This document shows positions 20,403 to 29,194 of a stretch of 64,000 bases of DNA, one piece after another. The notes under the pieces were generated by a model. It made no database searches and was not told the origin of the DNA. It was given only the letters and a program-made list of their open reading frames with translations. Position numbers and translations under genes: made by a program. The stretch lies in the IMG/VR virus record IMGVR_UViG_3300013006_000020, positions 57,998 through 121,997 of that record. One strand, 5' to 3'. Source of the DNA: a virus. The stretch's first letter is position 1; each line of letters starts with the position of its first letter.

Positions 20403-21005
20403 ATGGATACCAAAGAACCCGACTATATTTTTACAACTCGTGAAGCTGCCGAAAACATGGCAAAGAAACTTGACTGTGGCGGCACGCAGGAGTTTTATAA
20501 CATAGATGGCAAGCAAAGTGGATTAAAAGCAAATACAACCTATTATCTGCCGTGCTCTTCACGTGAGGCACTTCACGATAATTTGGCGAAGTATAAAAAG
20601 AAAATGTCAAAAGCTGAAGCTGTTGACACAGATGAAATTGATTTTCCAGAGTGCGAAGGGCCAGTTTCATTTGATGCTTTCCTAAAATCTTATTTTACAC
20701 AGGGCGGCGACTATGTTAGTGACTCTGTTAAAAATTCTCTTAAGAAAAAGGCTGAAGATTATAATAAAAAAGGAAAACACAAGATACGAACGTCAACACT
20801 TGTGACGGTTTTTAGAAGAGGTATTGGTGCTTACAAAACAAATCCTCAGAGCGTAAGACCAAATGTACGAAGTGCAGATCAATGGGGATACGGAAGAGTA
20901 AATGGTTTCTTGCACGCTCTAAGAACAGGGTCATTTAAGAGAAAACCATTTGATACAGATTTGTTACCAGCATCACATAGCCTATCATCTAAAGGCAAAA
21001 AATGA
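20403..21005 (+). CDS. Putative virion protein (DUF3721-like N-terminus, DUF5824-like C-terminus)
   Basis: FTTREAAE..AKKL.C.G...LPC and VFRRGIGAY...RP...QWGYGRVNGF motifs; start refined to 20403. Confidence 0.5.
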   Translation: MDTKEPDYIFTTREAAENMAKKLDCGGTQEFYNIDGKQSGLKANTTYYLPCSSREALHDNLAKYKKKMSKAEAVDTDEIDFPECEGPVSFDAFLKSYFTQGGDYVSDSVKNSLKKKAEDYNKKGKHKIRTSTLVTVFRRGIGAYKTNPQSVRPNVRSADQWGYGRVNGFLHALRTGSFKRKPFDTDLLPASHSLSSKGKK

Positions 21006-21955
21006 AATTAGAAGACCAAATTCGCAAATTAATTGCGTTTAAAAAACCAGAGCCAACTGCGTTATATGAGCCAACGCCAATGGTAGATGAGCCTGTTGTT
21101 GATTCTATTAAACCAAAAGGTGGTAGTGGATTACGCGGGGCAGAAACATGCAGCTACTGGGATGGTGGGCCATGGGCATGGCCAATGCTGGCTAATCCCA
21201 TGTGCAAAATATGTGACACAAATCCACAGCCATTTTGTGATTGCTTGAGGGCTTATAACAATCCATGCTATAGAGAGCATATACCATGGCGGAACCATCC
21301 TGATCCACAACCACCTACACTGCCTCCAGCTTTTCCAAATATGCCAGAGGGCTGTCCTAGTATTGAACAGATGGACGGTCCTGGATACACCGAGGAGGAA
21401 TGGGTTGGTAATCCAGAAACACTTAGTGGCGAAAGATATATATGGAATAGCTGGCCTTGGTTAACAAGAACCGCCGATGGTAAACTAGGCGAATATGATT
21501 TTCACGGGCTATACAATTGGCCTGGAGATCCAGAAACAGATGGTGGTAGCAATCCAAATTTTCATCCACTTGATCCAGACAGCTTATGGAGCACAGATAT
21601 TGATGGACGGCGCTGGTACATGCGTGATATATGGGCTTATTGGTTTGGGCCTAACGGAGGTGGTACTTTTTATCCAACACTTCGAGATAGGAGAATGAAG
21701 GAAATGGGATGCTTTGGTATTCCTCTTTTGCGCACCAATGGTGCGTGTTGCGCGCCCGCTGGAGAGTTTGGTGGCTTTACGTGTAGCTCAACCACTAGTA
21801 ATCAATGTAATGGGACTTTTTATCCTGGAAGGAACTGCGCGGATATTGGAGGCGATAATTGTGGTTTGGCACGAAATCCCATTCAAGAAAGCAATCAAGT
21901 AAAAAGACCGAAAGAAGCAATGGATATGGTGGTTTCATTACTGAAGAGAAAATAA
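21002..21955 (+). CDS. Cys-rich paralogue 1 (core type A, C-terminal GACC domain)
   Basis: Leader + Cys/Trp/Pro core + GACCAPAGEFGGFTC...C...C......CG + KEAMDMVVSLLK. Confidence 0.8.
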   Translation: MKLEDQIRKLIAFKKPEPTALYEPTPMVDEPVVDSIKPKGGSGLRGAETCSYWDGGPWAWPMLANPMCKICDTNPQPFCDCLRAYNNPCYREHIPWRNHPDPQPPTLPPAFPNMPEGCPSIEQMDGPGYTEEEWVGNPETLSGERYIWNSWPWLTRTADGKLGEYDFHGLYNWPGDPETDGGSNPNFHPLDPDSLWSTDIDGRRWYMRDIWAYWFGPNGGGTFYPTLRDRRMKEMGCFGIPLLRTNGACCAPAGEFGGFTCSSTTSNQCNGTFYPGRNCADIGGDNCGLARNPIQESNQVKRPKEAMDMVVSLLKRK

Positions 21956-21956
21956 A

Positions 21957-22943
21957 ATGAAAAGATCATTAGAATCAATACTAAATAAACTTATAGCCAA
22001 AGTTGAACTAGCGCCCTTATACGACCCTGTTCCATTAGAGCCAGAGGTAGGCCCTGGTGAAGTAGCACAAAAAGGCGGCGGGAGACCTGGAGAACGTGGT
22101 TGCGGATATGCCGTACTTGGAATGGGTCAACCTGGTTTATGGGGTGGTCGTGAGCCAGGATCTTATAACTCAACTGTAAATTATAGTATTGCATATGGAG
22201 ATTGCCCGCTTTGCAGGGGAGCTTCACCACCAGCATTTTGTGCTTGCATAGCTGCTTATAGCAATCCGTGTTATAACTGGCACTGGAGTAATGGTACTGG
22301 TAATTTGAATCCTGATCAAACTAATCCAACCTGGGATCCTCCAGCGTATTCTTCTTATCCGCCTGGATGCCCAAGTAAAGAAGAATTAGAAGGGTTTGGA
22401 TATACCGAAGAAGAATGGATTGGCAATCCAGAAACTCTTACTGGCCAGCGATACAGATGGTTTGCTTGGGATTATTTAACAAGAATAAGAAACCCAGATG
22501 GTAGCTGGTCTCCTAGTCAACATGCTCCATTGGGATATGAAACTATATGGGGATACGGCCAGGCAAACCCATTTGATCCAGAAGCATACGCTTCTAGCAT
22601 TCCAAGAATAACTATGCGTCAACTGTGGGAAGAGTTTTTTTCAGGAATTTATGGTAGATATCGCCCAACATTACTGCAGAGAAAAATGTTGGAGAGCGGA
22701 TGCAACGGAAATCCAGGCGAGCAGATAGGCGCTTGCTGCAGTCCAGATGGTGAATTTGGCGGTTTTAGATGTTCTCAAACTTACGGCCATGAATGTCAGG
22801 GAACCTTTCATTCTGGAAAAACATGCGCAGATATCGGTGGCGATAATTGCGGTTCTGCAATGAATCCCATCCAACAAAACGACCAAACAAAAAAGACAAA
22901 AGAAGCAATGGACATGGTGATGTCTTTACTTAAAAAAAAATAA
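21957..22943 (+). CDS. Cys-rich paralogue 2 (core type A)
   Basis: Shares GCPS, GYTEEEW.GNPETL.G.RY.W with paralogue 1; GACC domain. Confidence 0.8.
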   Translation: MKRSLESILNKLIAKVELAPLYDPVPLEPEVGPGEVAQKGGGRPGERGCGYAVLGMGQPGLWGGREPGSYNSTVNYSIAYGDCPLCRGASPPAFCACIAAYSNPCYNWHWSNGTGNLNPDQTNPTWDPPAYSSYPPGCPSKEELEGFGYTEEEWIGNPETLTGQRYRWFAWDYLTRIRNPDGSWSPSQHAPLGYETIWGYGQANPFDPEAYASSIPRITMRQLWEEFFSGIYGRYRPTLLQRKMLESGCNGNPGEQIGACCSPDGEFGGFRCSQTYGHECQGTFHSGKTCADIGGDNCGSAMNPIQQNDQTKKTKEAMDMVMSLLKKK

Positions 22944-22944
22944 A

Positions 22945-23706
22945 ATGAAAAGATCAATAGAAGACATTATTAAATTAGTGGCTGTAAAACAAGCGGCTCC
23001 TCCACCAACCCGTTTAGAAAAGCCTAGTACGGTAAAAGAAGATCCGACGCGGCCTATGGCCACTCTTTGTGGAATAACATATCCAGCAGAATATGACAAT
23101 GGTATAGCAGTTGGCCACTACGACGTGCGAGAAGTTTACCGAGATATAATACCTTGGATGTATTGCAGACCTCTACCAGAGGGTGGATGCGAACCACTAT
23201 ACCCTTCAGAACCTATCGACTCGATGCCATCTCAACAAACCGTAACGGATAGGGATTTGCCTTTGACTTGGCAAAGGGAACACCCAGAGTTTAATCCTAA
23301 CGATCCGGCAACATGGGGTTCCGTATTTGGTCCTGGTGGTTTTGTTGATCGTATGATAAGATACGCTAATTGCCCAAGGGACGAAAACTATCAACCAATA
23401 CCTTGTCATAGTGAGGAAACTATTCGTGAATTTATTGATATTGTTCGTCAGTTTTACGCCGTTAGATGCGGATTTGTAGCTTCTCAGACTGGCGCTTGCT
23501 GTAGTCCTGATGGAGAATTTGGCGGATTTAGATGTGATTCAACCACAAGCACTGGATGTGTGGGAAATTTTTATCCTGGAAAGAGCTGTGCAGACATCAA
23601 TGGAAACAATTGTGGTTTAGCACCAAATCCGCTTCAGCAAAGCAATCAAGTGAAAAGACCGAAAGAAGCAATAGATATGGTTATGTCCTCACTTAAAAGG
23701 TCATAA
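22945..23706 (+). CDS. Cys-rich paralogue 3 (core type B)
   Basis: MYCR, VTDRDLPLTWQR.HPEF, TWGSVFGPGG; GACC domain. Confidence 0.8.
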   Translation: MKRSIEDIIKLVAVKQAAPPPTRLEKPSTVKEDPTRPMATLCGITYPAEYDNGIAVGHYDVREVYRDIIPWMYCRPLPEGGCEPLYPSEPIDSMPSQQTVTDRDLPLTWQREHPEFNPNDPATWGSVFGPGGFVDRMIRYANCPRDENYQPIPCHSEETIREFIDIVRQFYAVRCGFVASQTGACCSPDGEFGGFRCDSTTSTGCVGNFYPGKSCADINGNNCGLAPNPLQQSNQVKRPKEAIDMVMSSLKRS

Positions 23707-23729
23707 AAATTAAGTTGGTATCTGAATAG

Positions 23730-23739
23730 GTGTATTTTA
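23730..23739 (+). promoter_or_regulatory. Putative late promoter GTGTATTTTA
   Basis: Intergenic, upstream of ATG 23754. Confidence 0.6.
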
Positions 23740-23753
23740 TACAGGTAAATAAA

Positions 23754-24560
23754 ATGTCAGATTCAATTGAAAATAAACTCCGTAATATTTCAAAGTCAGT
23801 TAAAGCACCGCCAATTCCAACTCTTTTACGAAGGCCTGAAAAAGTAGATGAAAGTCTCATGGTCGGTGGAGGCGGTGGTGGCTCTTATAGCATTTGTGGA
23901 GTAGAAATTCCAAATGATGATAATTACACTATATTTATGGTGTACACCACTATAATTAGTGCCATGTATTGCAGAGAAGCACCGGTCGCCGGGTGCTACA
24001 CCGTGTTCGTTGGCCAACCATTTGATGGTTCGATAACTGGCGAAGGCCAAGTTACTGACCGAGATCTGCCTTTAACTTGGCAAAGAAACCACCCTGAATT
24101 TGACCCTGCAGATCCAGGCACTTGGGGTTCCGTATTTGGTCCTGGTGGTCTAGCTGAAAGATATGTAAGATTCTGGAATTGCAACGAGGCTGATGGCGGT
24201 ATGGACGGAAATGGACCATGCTCCAACGGCTATGATCTTGCTAAAATTGCACGACTGGTTGAGATAATTCGTCAGCTTTATATTGCTAAATGCGGATTTG
24301 CTGTATCTTCAGCGGGAGCTTGTTGCGCGCCAGCTGGAGAATTTGGTGGCTTTACTTGTACAGAAGTCGCTGGAACAAATAACTGTCAGGGGAATTTTTA
24401 CCCAGGACAAAGCTGTCAACAAATCGGTGGCAACAATTGCGGTTTAGCGCCAAATCCACTTCAGCAAAACCCAAACGAGCAAAAGATGCGAAACCGAGAC
24501 GAGCAAAAGAAAGTTGCTGGTGAGTTAATAAAACAACTGAGGTTATTTACAAAAAAATAA
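23754..24560 (+). CDS. Cys-rich paralogue 4 (core type B)
   Basis: Shares core with paralogue 3; GACC domain; start refined to ATG 23754. Confidence 0.8.
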   Translation: MSDSIENKLRNISKSVKAPPIPTLLRRPEKVDESLMVGGGGGGSYSICGVEIPNDDNYTIFMVYTTIISAMYCREAPVAGCYTVFVGQPFDGSITGEGQVTDRDLPLTWQRNHPEFDPADPGTWGSVFGPGGLAERYVRFWNCNEADGGMDGNGPCSNGYDLAKIARLVEIIRQLYIAKCGFAVSSAGACCAPAGEFGGFTCTEVAGTNNCQGNFYPGQSCQQIGGNNCGLAPNPLQQNPNEQKMRNRDEQKKVAGELIKQLRLFTKK

Positions 24561-24564
24561 AACA

Positions 24565-24921
24565 ATGAAAAACTACATCGCAAAACTTAATATTGCTGCT
24601 GCAGAGTACTTTACAGTTGCCGGTATGGCAAGACACGTTTGCGTATATTGCTCAGCTTCAGGTTCAGCCTCAGGTTTTTATAAACCAGACCGTGTTATTG
24701 TTAGTGCGACAGGCGATAGATGTAGAGGAAACTATACGCTATCTTATGATATACCAGCAAGCCCTTCTGGAACCTGCGAATACGCTTTTTGCCAGAACGT
24801 ATCTGGTGTTGTAATAGGGCGTATTGGGGCTTATTATTGCTCATCACAGCCCCCTGTTTTTAGTACACCAATTCCATCGAGAGTTACACCACAAGCTGCA
24901 CCGCCATTTAGAATGATGTAA
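24565..24921 (+). CDS. Small Cys-rich protein
   Basis: Six Cys, short leader MKNYIAKLNIAAA, Pro-rich tail; last gene of the cluster. Confidence 0.6.
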   Translation: MKNYIAKLNIAAAEYFTVAGMARHVCVYCSASGSASGFYKPDRVIVSATGDRCRGNYTLSYDIPASPSGTCEYAFCQNVSGVVIGRIGAYYCSSQPPVFSTPIPSRVTPQAAPPFRMM

Positions 24922-24924
24922 AGA

Positions 24925-25401
24925 TTATCTTATAAAACTTTCTATGGGCCTGAGTACACGCTGCTCAAGCCCATATGTTTTTCCATAACCAAGATCAATC
25001 AAGTTTTTGTCTTGTATAAGATCTGCAGAAGAACACCATCCAACTATGTTATAGTTTGGTCGCTGACCAACAATTAAAACGTAAACATCTGAAGGTGTTT
25101 CGCTCTTGGATCGTCTAGCCAAAAGTTTACCGGATTTATACTTAGTTGTTTTAATATCAATCTTCTTGCCGTTAAATAGTACATCATCACCGCCCTTTCG
25201 GGGGCTAATTGACATATCTGGATACAGATTTACCGCCTTGCAAAAGGCAAACTCTCCACATATTCCCTCTAGGTCTGTTTCTTCACATGACTGAGGACCA
25301 ATCTTTTTATCAGAAACGCCCCCGTTTCTATTGGAGGCGTATCTGTTTTTCGCAAGCCATTCACATATTTTTATTTCAGATTCAGTTAGCTTTACTATCA
25401 T
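24925..25401 (-). CDS. PD-(D/E)XK-like nuclease-fold protein
   Basis: GEFAF...D.....IDIKTT. Confidence 0.5.
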   Translation of the reverse strand: MIVKLTESEIKICEWLAKNRYASNRNGGVSDKKIGPQSCEETDLEGICGEFAFCKAVNLYPDMSISPRKGGDDVLFNGKKIDIKTTKYKSGKLLARRSKSETPSDVYVLIVGQRPNYNIVGWCSSADLIQDKNLIDLGYGKTYGLEQRVLRPIESFIR

Positions 25402-26572
25402 TTTTAGGAACTTTCATTACACAAAGATTTTCATTAAGTCCTTCAAGTATAACAGGCCGTCTTCCATTTGAAGTGGCAATTTCATAAAACCCAAGTGTGG
25501 CAGCATACACAGTTCTAAATTTAAAATCATCAATTGCAACAATAATATCACCACTAAATTGCAATGTGTTTTTCATATCTTCTAATGCTGTTTCGTAGGA
25601 ATGACCACCATCAATAAAAATAAATGCTGTTTTGTCTGGGTTATTTATTTTTTCAATTACACCTGGAAGAGTTTGTGTGGACGCTCCTTGTACAAGTGAG
25701 ATTGATGTTGATGGACTAAATAGTGGTGATATAGTATTGACAATATCTTTGGCTTCTTCTATTGATAGAGGCTTTTCCTCTGGCGGAAGTTCGTTGACTG
25801 ATGCGGAATCAAAAAGATCTAGGAAAAAATACGAAGTTGCTTGTGATGACATCAGTACATCTATCGATGTTCCAAGTCTATAGCACCCAATTTCAATATA
25901 AAAATCTGGATTGAAATATTTAACGCACTTTATAATGTCATCTAATTTATCTAAAAGAATGCTTTTGATCTTCTTTGCGTTTTCATTTCGCTTAAAAAGA
26001 ACGTCAATTTGAACTATGGTTTTACCAAATTTATTTTCACCAACAACATAATGTGGAAGGAAACCAATAGACATCATCTTCTTGGTTATTCCCTGCATTC
26101 TTTCCGAACCTTTATTGTACTCAACAACAGGAAGCTCAAGAAGAACCCACTTTGCCTTTTGTATAACACTTTCGCCACCACAAATTATTGGCATTTCCGA
26201 TCCCTGAGTATCGATTTTAATTAGATCAAAATCGCTATCACCAAGAAGATCATCAAGTCTGATTGTCTCTAAATTAATAGTATCGTATTGTCCATCCTCG
26301 TAAAATTGAGTATTTTCTTTAAAGAAAGAAGCGCCTTGACAGGTTTTTTCGGAGCTATTAATAAAGAAGCTTTTGTTTGTTTGTTCGTTACCAAGAGCAC
26401 AAATTAAATAGTCAGCACCACACTCCCGCAATGAGTCTTCGCATCTTGGATTTGCTTCAATAGACAAGATCTTTGCTTGCGGATTTATTGATTTATACTC
26501 AAGAAAGGTTTGTCCTATATTGGCCCCTATGTCAAGTATCTTTTTTGATTCTTTAATTATTTGCTCAAGCAT
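25382..26572 (-). CDS. FkbM methyltransferase fused to a second class I (Methyltransf_24-like) domain
   Basis: LDIGANIG, SIEANP, IKIDTQGSE; then IEIGCY.LGTS, FIDGGHSYE, IDD. Confidence 0.85.
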   Translation of the reverse strand: MLEQIIKESKKILDIGANIGQTFLEYKSINPQAKILSIEANPRCEDSLRECGADYLICALGNEQTNKSFFINSSEKTCQGASFFKENTQFYEDGQYDTINLETIRLDDLLGDSDFDLIKIDTQGSEMPIICGGESVIQKAKWVLLELPVVEYNKGSERMQGITKKMMSIGFLPHYVVGENKFGKTIVQIDVLFKRNENAKKIKSILLDKLDDIIKCVKYFNPDFYIEIGCYRLGTSIDVLMSSQATSYFFLDLFDSASVNELPPEEKPLSIEEAKDIVNTISPLFSPSTSISLVQGASTQTLPGVIEKINNPDKTAFIFIDGGHSYETALEDMKNTLQFSGDIIVAIDDFKFRTVYAATLGFYEIATSNGRRPVILEGLNENLCVMKVPKNDSKAN

Positions 26573-27464
26573 TTATTTTTCTCGCTTGCAATATTTTAGC
26601 CATTTGATTAAATGAGTCTATGCCGTGATTTGGATTTTGAATATCTGCAAAACCAAAGCTGCAGGCTCCAACATTTTCATTTACTAATAGCCGGCAACCA
26701 CACATTGATGCTTCTACAACGGTACGCGCAGAAGCCTCTTTCCAATTGGGCAAATGCAAGAAGAATTTTGCTGCATTCATTGCTTTGGCAACTTCTTCTG
26801 GTGTTCCAACCCCTATATAGTTTTCTGGATCTATAAGAGATAGATCTCCTCGTCCTATAAACTTTATGTTGTTTCCAAACATATATTGAGCCTCAACAAC
26901 ACCTTTTGCTTCAGTTATTGCTCCAACGTAAAGTACATTTATAGGTCTTTCGGATTCTGTGTTGTAGAATATCTTGTGATCCACCTTTTGAAAGTAGTTA
27001 AATCCATTTGGAATAATACCACCAATAAAACGACACCACTCGTGATAATGAAGTGGACTCAAGAAGATATTTGCAAAACTATTGCTCATAAGAGCAGCCA
27101 TAAATGTTTTTATAGCATTAGGTTGATATCTATCACTATCAGCAAGTCTCCAGCCACCGTAATCTTCTGGTGTTGCACCAGTGTATGCGCATTCAAAAAC
27201 AACTGTTGGGGTCTTAGTATTTAAGAATTGTTTTTGCTCGCTAGGACCAAACCATTTTGATCCGCTTGGGTCGTTAAATAGATCAAAGAAAATACAAAGA
27301 TCAGCTCTTTCAGGTTCTTGAAATTGATCATTTGGAGTTATAATATTGACGTAATAACCAACGTTCTTAAGAGCCTGTATCAAATCTCTTCCAGTTGTAT
27401 GACCACCGCTCAAATAATAATCATCGCTAAGTGGGCTTATAATAGTATATATATTTGCTATCAC
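26565..27464 (-). CDS. GT-B glycosyltransferase
   Basis: YVGAI..AKG, LPNWKEASARTVVEASMCGC. Confidence 0.75.
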   Translation of the reverse strand: MIANIYTIISPLSDDYYLSGGHTTGRDLIQALKNVGYYVNIITPNDQFQEPERADLCIFFDLFNDPSGSKWFGPSEQKQFLNTKTPTVVFECAYTGATPEDYGGWRLADSDRYQPNAIKTFMAALMSNSFANIFLSPLHYHEWCRFIGGIIPNGFNYFQKVDHKIFYNTESERPINVLYVGAITEAKGVVEAQYMFGNNIKFIGRGDLSLIDPENYIGVGTPEEVAKAMNAAKFFLHLPNWKEASARTVVEASMCGCRLLVNENVGACSFGFADIQNPNHGIDSFNQMAKILQARKINA

Positions 27465-27478
27465 GAGTATAGTATAGC

Positions 27479-27501
27479 AAAAACCGGCATTTCTGCCGGT
27501 T
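27479..27501 (-). terminator. Intrinsic terminator
   Basis: AACCGGCA-GAAA-TGCCGGTT plus T run on the minus strand, after 27526..27906. Confidence 0.7.
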
Positions 27502-27525
27502 CTTGTTTTAAGTGTTTAGTTTTAT

Positions 27526-27906
27526 TTACTTATCGCCAATAAAGTTATCTCTCACTGCAGAAATGTAATCTGCAGCAAGTGTTATTTTACCAAGCATCCA
27601 AGCTTCTATTTCTTTACCCTGTTCTACATGCTGAGCAATCTCGCCAGCGTTTACAATAAGTGCGTTTATATCACTCATAAACATTTCTTTGGTTTCTTCA
27701 TCGACCTCAGAAGTGTCCATTTCTTCCATTTCTGGCATCTCTTCTTCGCCCATCTCCATAGGCATTTGCATAGCCTCTGGAGACATAGCAGGGGCATCAT
27801 CACCCATTTGAGTCTGCTGCATCATCATTGGCATTTGTGTCATGCCCATCTCGTCTTGACCAACGGCGTGTTGAAGTTTTGAAATCAGGTCTTTAATATT
27901 TGACAT
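27526..27906 (-). CDS. Met/Glu-rich putative head-internal protein
   Basis: Low-complexity acidic linker and EAWMLGKITLAADYI motif recalled from myophage head proteins. Confidence 0.5.
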   Translation of the reverse strand: MSNIKDLISKLQHAVGQDEMGMTQMPMMMQQTQMGDDAPAMSPEAMQMPMEMGEEEMPEMEEMDTSEVDEETKEMFMSDINALIVNAGEIAQHVEQGKEIEAWMLGKITLAADYISAVRDNFIGDK

Positions 27907-27914
27907 GTTTATCC

Positions 27915-28520
27915 TTATTCTAGGTAGTTATTGTTTCTAGTTCCAGGGATTATTCTTCTGGCCTTAATGCTAAACATTACACCCGAAGCTTCATCTGGAG
28001 TTCCTTCAAACTTTAAACCAACGGATTGGTTTCTAGCAACAGTTCTAGCAGTATCTGATAGCAAAACGCCAGTTGCAACGGTGTGAGCCGCTGTTGTTAA
28101 ACTCATCGCAGAAGTAATGGCTGTACCATTATCAAAAGCAGTTCCGCTATTTGATTTGAAGAGTGTTGCTGAAAGTGAGGCAACGTTTGGGCTGCTTGAT
28201 CTAAATCTTATGCTGTCAATGATGAAATCGTGCTCTGCTATAAATATTCCACCATTACCAGTAAAGCACTCTGATGGAGAGTTAAACTTAATGGAAATAG
28301 TTTCATCATCATCATCCATCTGCATTGATCTACCGCCGAATGATTCTGTGGTACCAGCTGAAACTTGCAGTTGTTTTGGACCTCTAAAGGAAGTAAACGC
28401 CTTGCTTGGCTGTGTGTTAAACACGGATTGATTTTCAATACCGTTGTTAATACCAACGTCTCTCCCAGAGCCTTTAAAGACGCTTTTATTGTTATTTAAT
28501 GTTGTTATGTTTGTTGACAT
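27915..28520 (-). CDS. Putative structural protein
   Basis: Ser/Thr/Gly-rich beta-type composition; in operon under GTGTAT motif. Confidence 0.45.
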   Translation of the reverse strand: MSTNITTLNNNKSVFKGSGRDVGINNGIENQSVFNTQPSKAFTSFRGPKQLQVSAGTTESFGGRSMQMDDDDETISIKFNSPSECFTGNGGIFIAEHDFIIDSIRFRSSSPNVASLSATLFKSNSGTAFDNGTAITSAMSLTTAAHTVATGVLLSDTARTVARNQSVGLKFEGTPDEASGVMFSIKARRIIPGTRNNNYLE

Positions 28521-28532
28521 TTTTTATGCCTT

Positions 28533-29147
28533 TTATCCTTTGCCTACGCTGAATACTTCAACCCCACCTATTGATTTGTTTCCGCCAGTGTACTTTGTGT
28601 AGTAAGTAAGACCCTTATTTCTAACGTATGTCTCATTACCAGAGGCTGTATCTGCATTAAAAGTTGTGGATGTGGGTTCAGCGTTAGCGGCTTTGTCGCC
28701 AAGAATTGCTATGTTAGATCCGTTAACTTCAAGAACACGACCGTAAAGATCTATCCATCTAGTGTTTTCACCATCCTGCTTGTTCTCTTTAAGATCGTAT
28801 TGTTTAATTAGGCTGTATGTTCTTGTGCCGCCATCAGGAACTCGCTCTACACTGCCAGCCAATGGCTGAGCAGAAGCGAGAGCTGTATCCCCAGGCTTTC
28901 TTCGGAATTCTGACTGGGCGAAGCCAGCAACTCTTGCAGTGAATGAACCAGCAGCAAAAGTTCTTTCTACATAGCTTGGTACAGAGACATCTGCCTTTGA
29001 AAGGCTAGAAAAATTACCAAGCTTATCAAATGTTGCGCTTGGTGGAGTGTCTTGATTTCTTCTGATACCAAGGCCGCGAGCGGTCTGAGCGTAGTTTGAT
29101 TCAGCGGTTGTGTATGTGGTTGCACTAGAAGTTGATTTGGTTGCCAT
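28533..29147 (-). CDS. Putative structural protein
   Basis: Ala/Thr/Ser-rich; GAGG SD and GTGTATTTTA motif (29164..29173) upstream. Confidence 0.45.
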   Translation of the reverse strand: MATKSTSSATTYTTAESNYAQTARGLGIRRNQDTPPSATFDKLGNFSSLSKADVSVPSYVERTFAAGSFTARVAGFAQSEFRRKPGDTALASAQPLAGSVERVPDGGTRTYSLIKQYDLKENKQDGENTRWIDLYGRVLEVNGSNIAILGDKAANAEPTSTTFNADTASGNETYVRNKGLTYYTKYTGGNKSIGGVEVFSVGKG

Positions 29148-29194
29148 TTTTATCCTCTTGTTTTAAAATACACTAGTTTGTTTTTTAATACCAA

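Noticed and set aside
21002-24560. RiPP/bacteriocin precursors with double-glycine leaders
   Set aside because: The products are 250-330 aa, one lacks the GG linker, and no peptidase-ABC transporter or modifying enzyme is nearby.
21002-24560. Diversity-generating retroelement target/template repeats
   Set aside because: Differences between copies are not adenine-specific and no reverse transcriptase is in the window.
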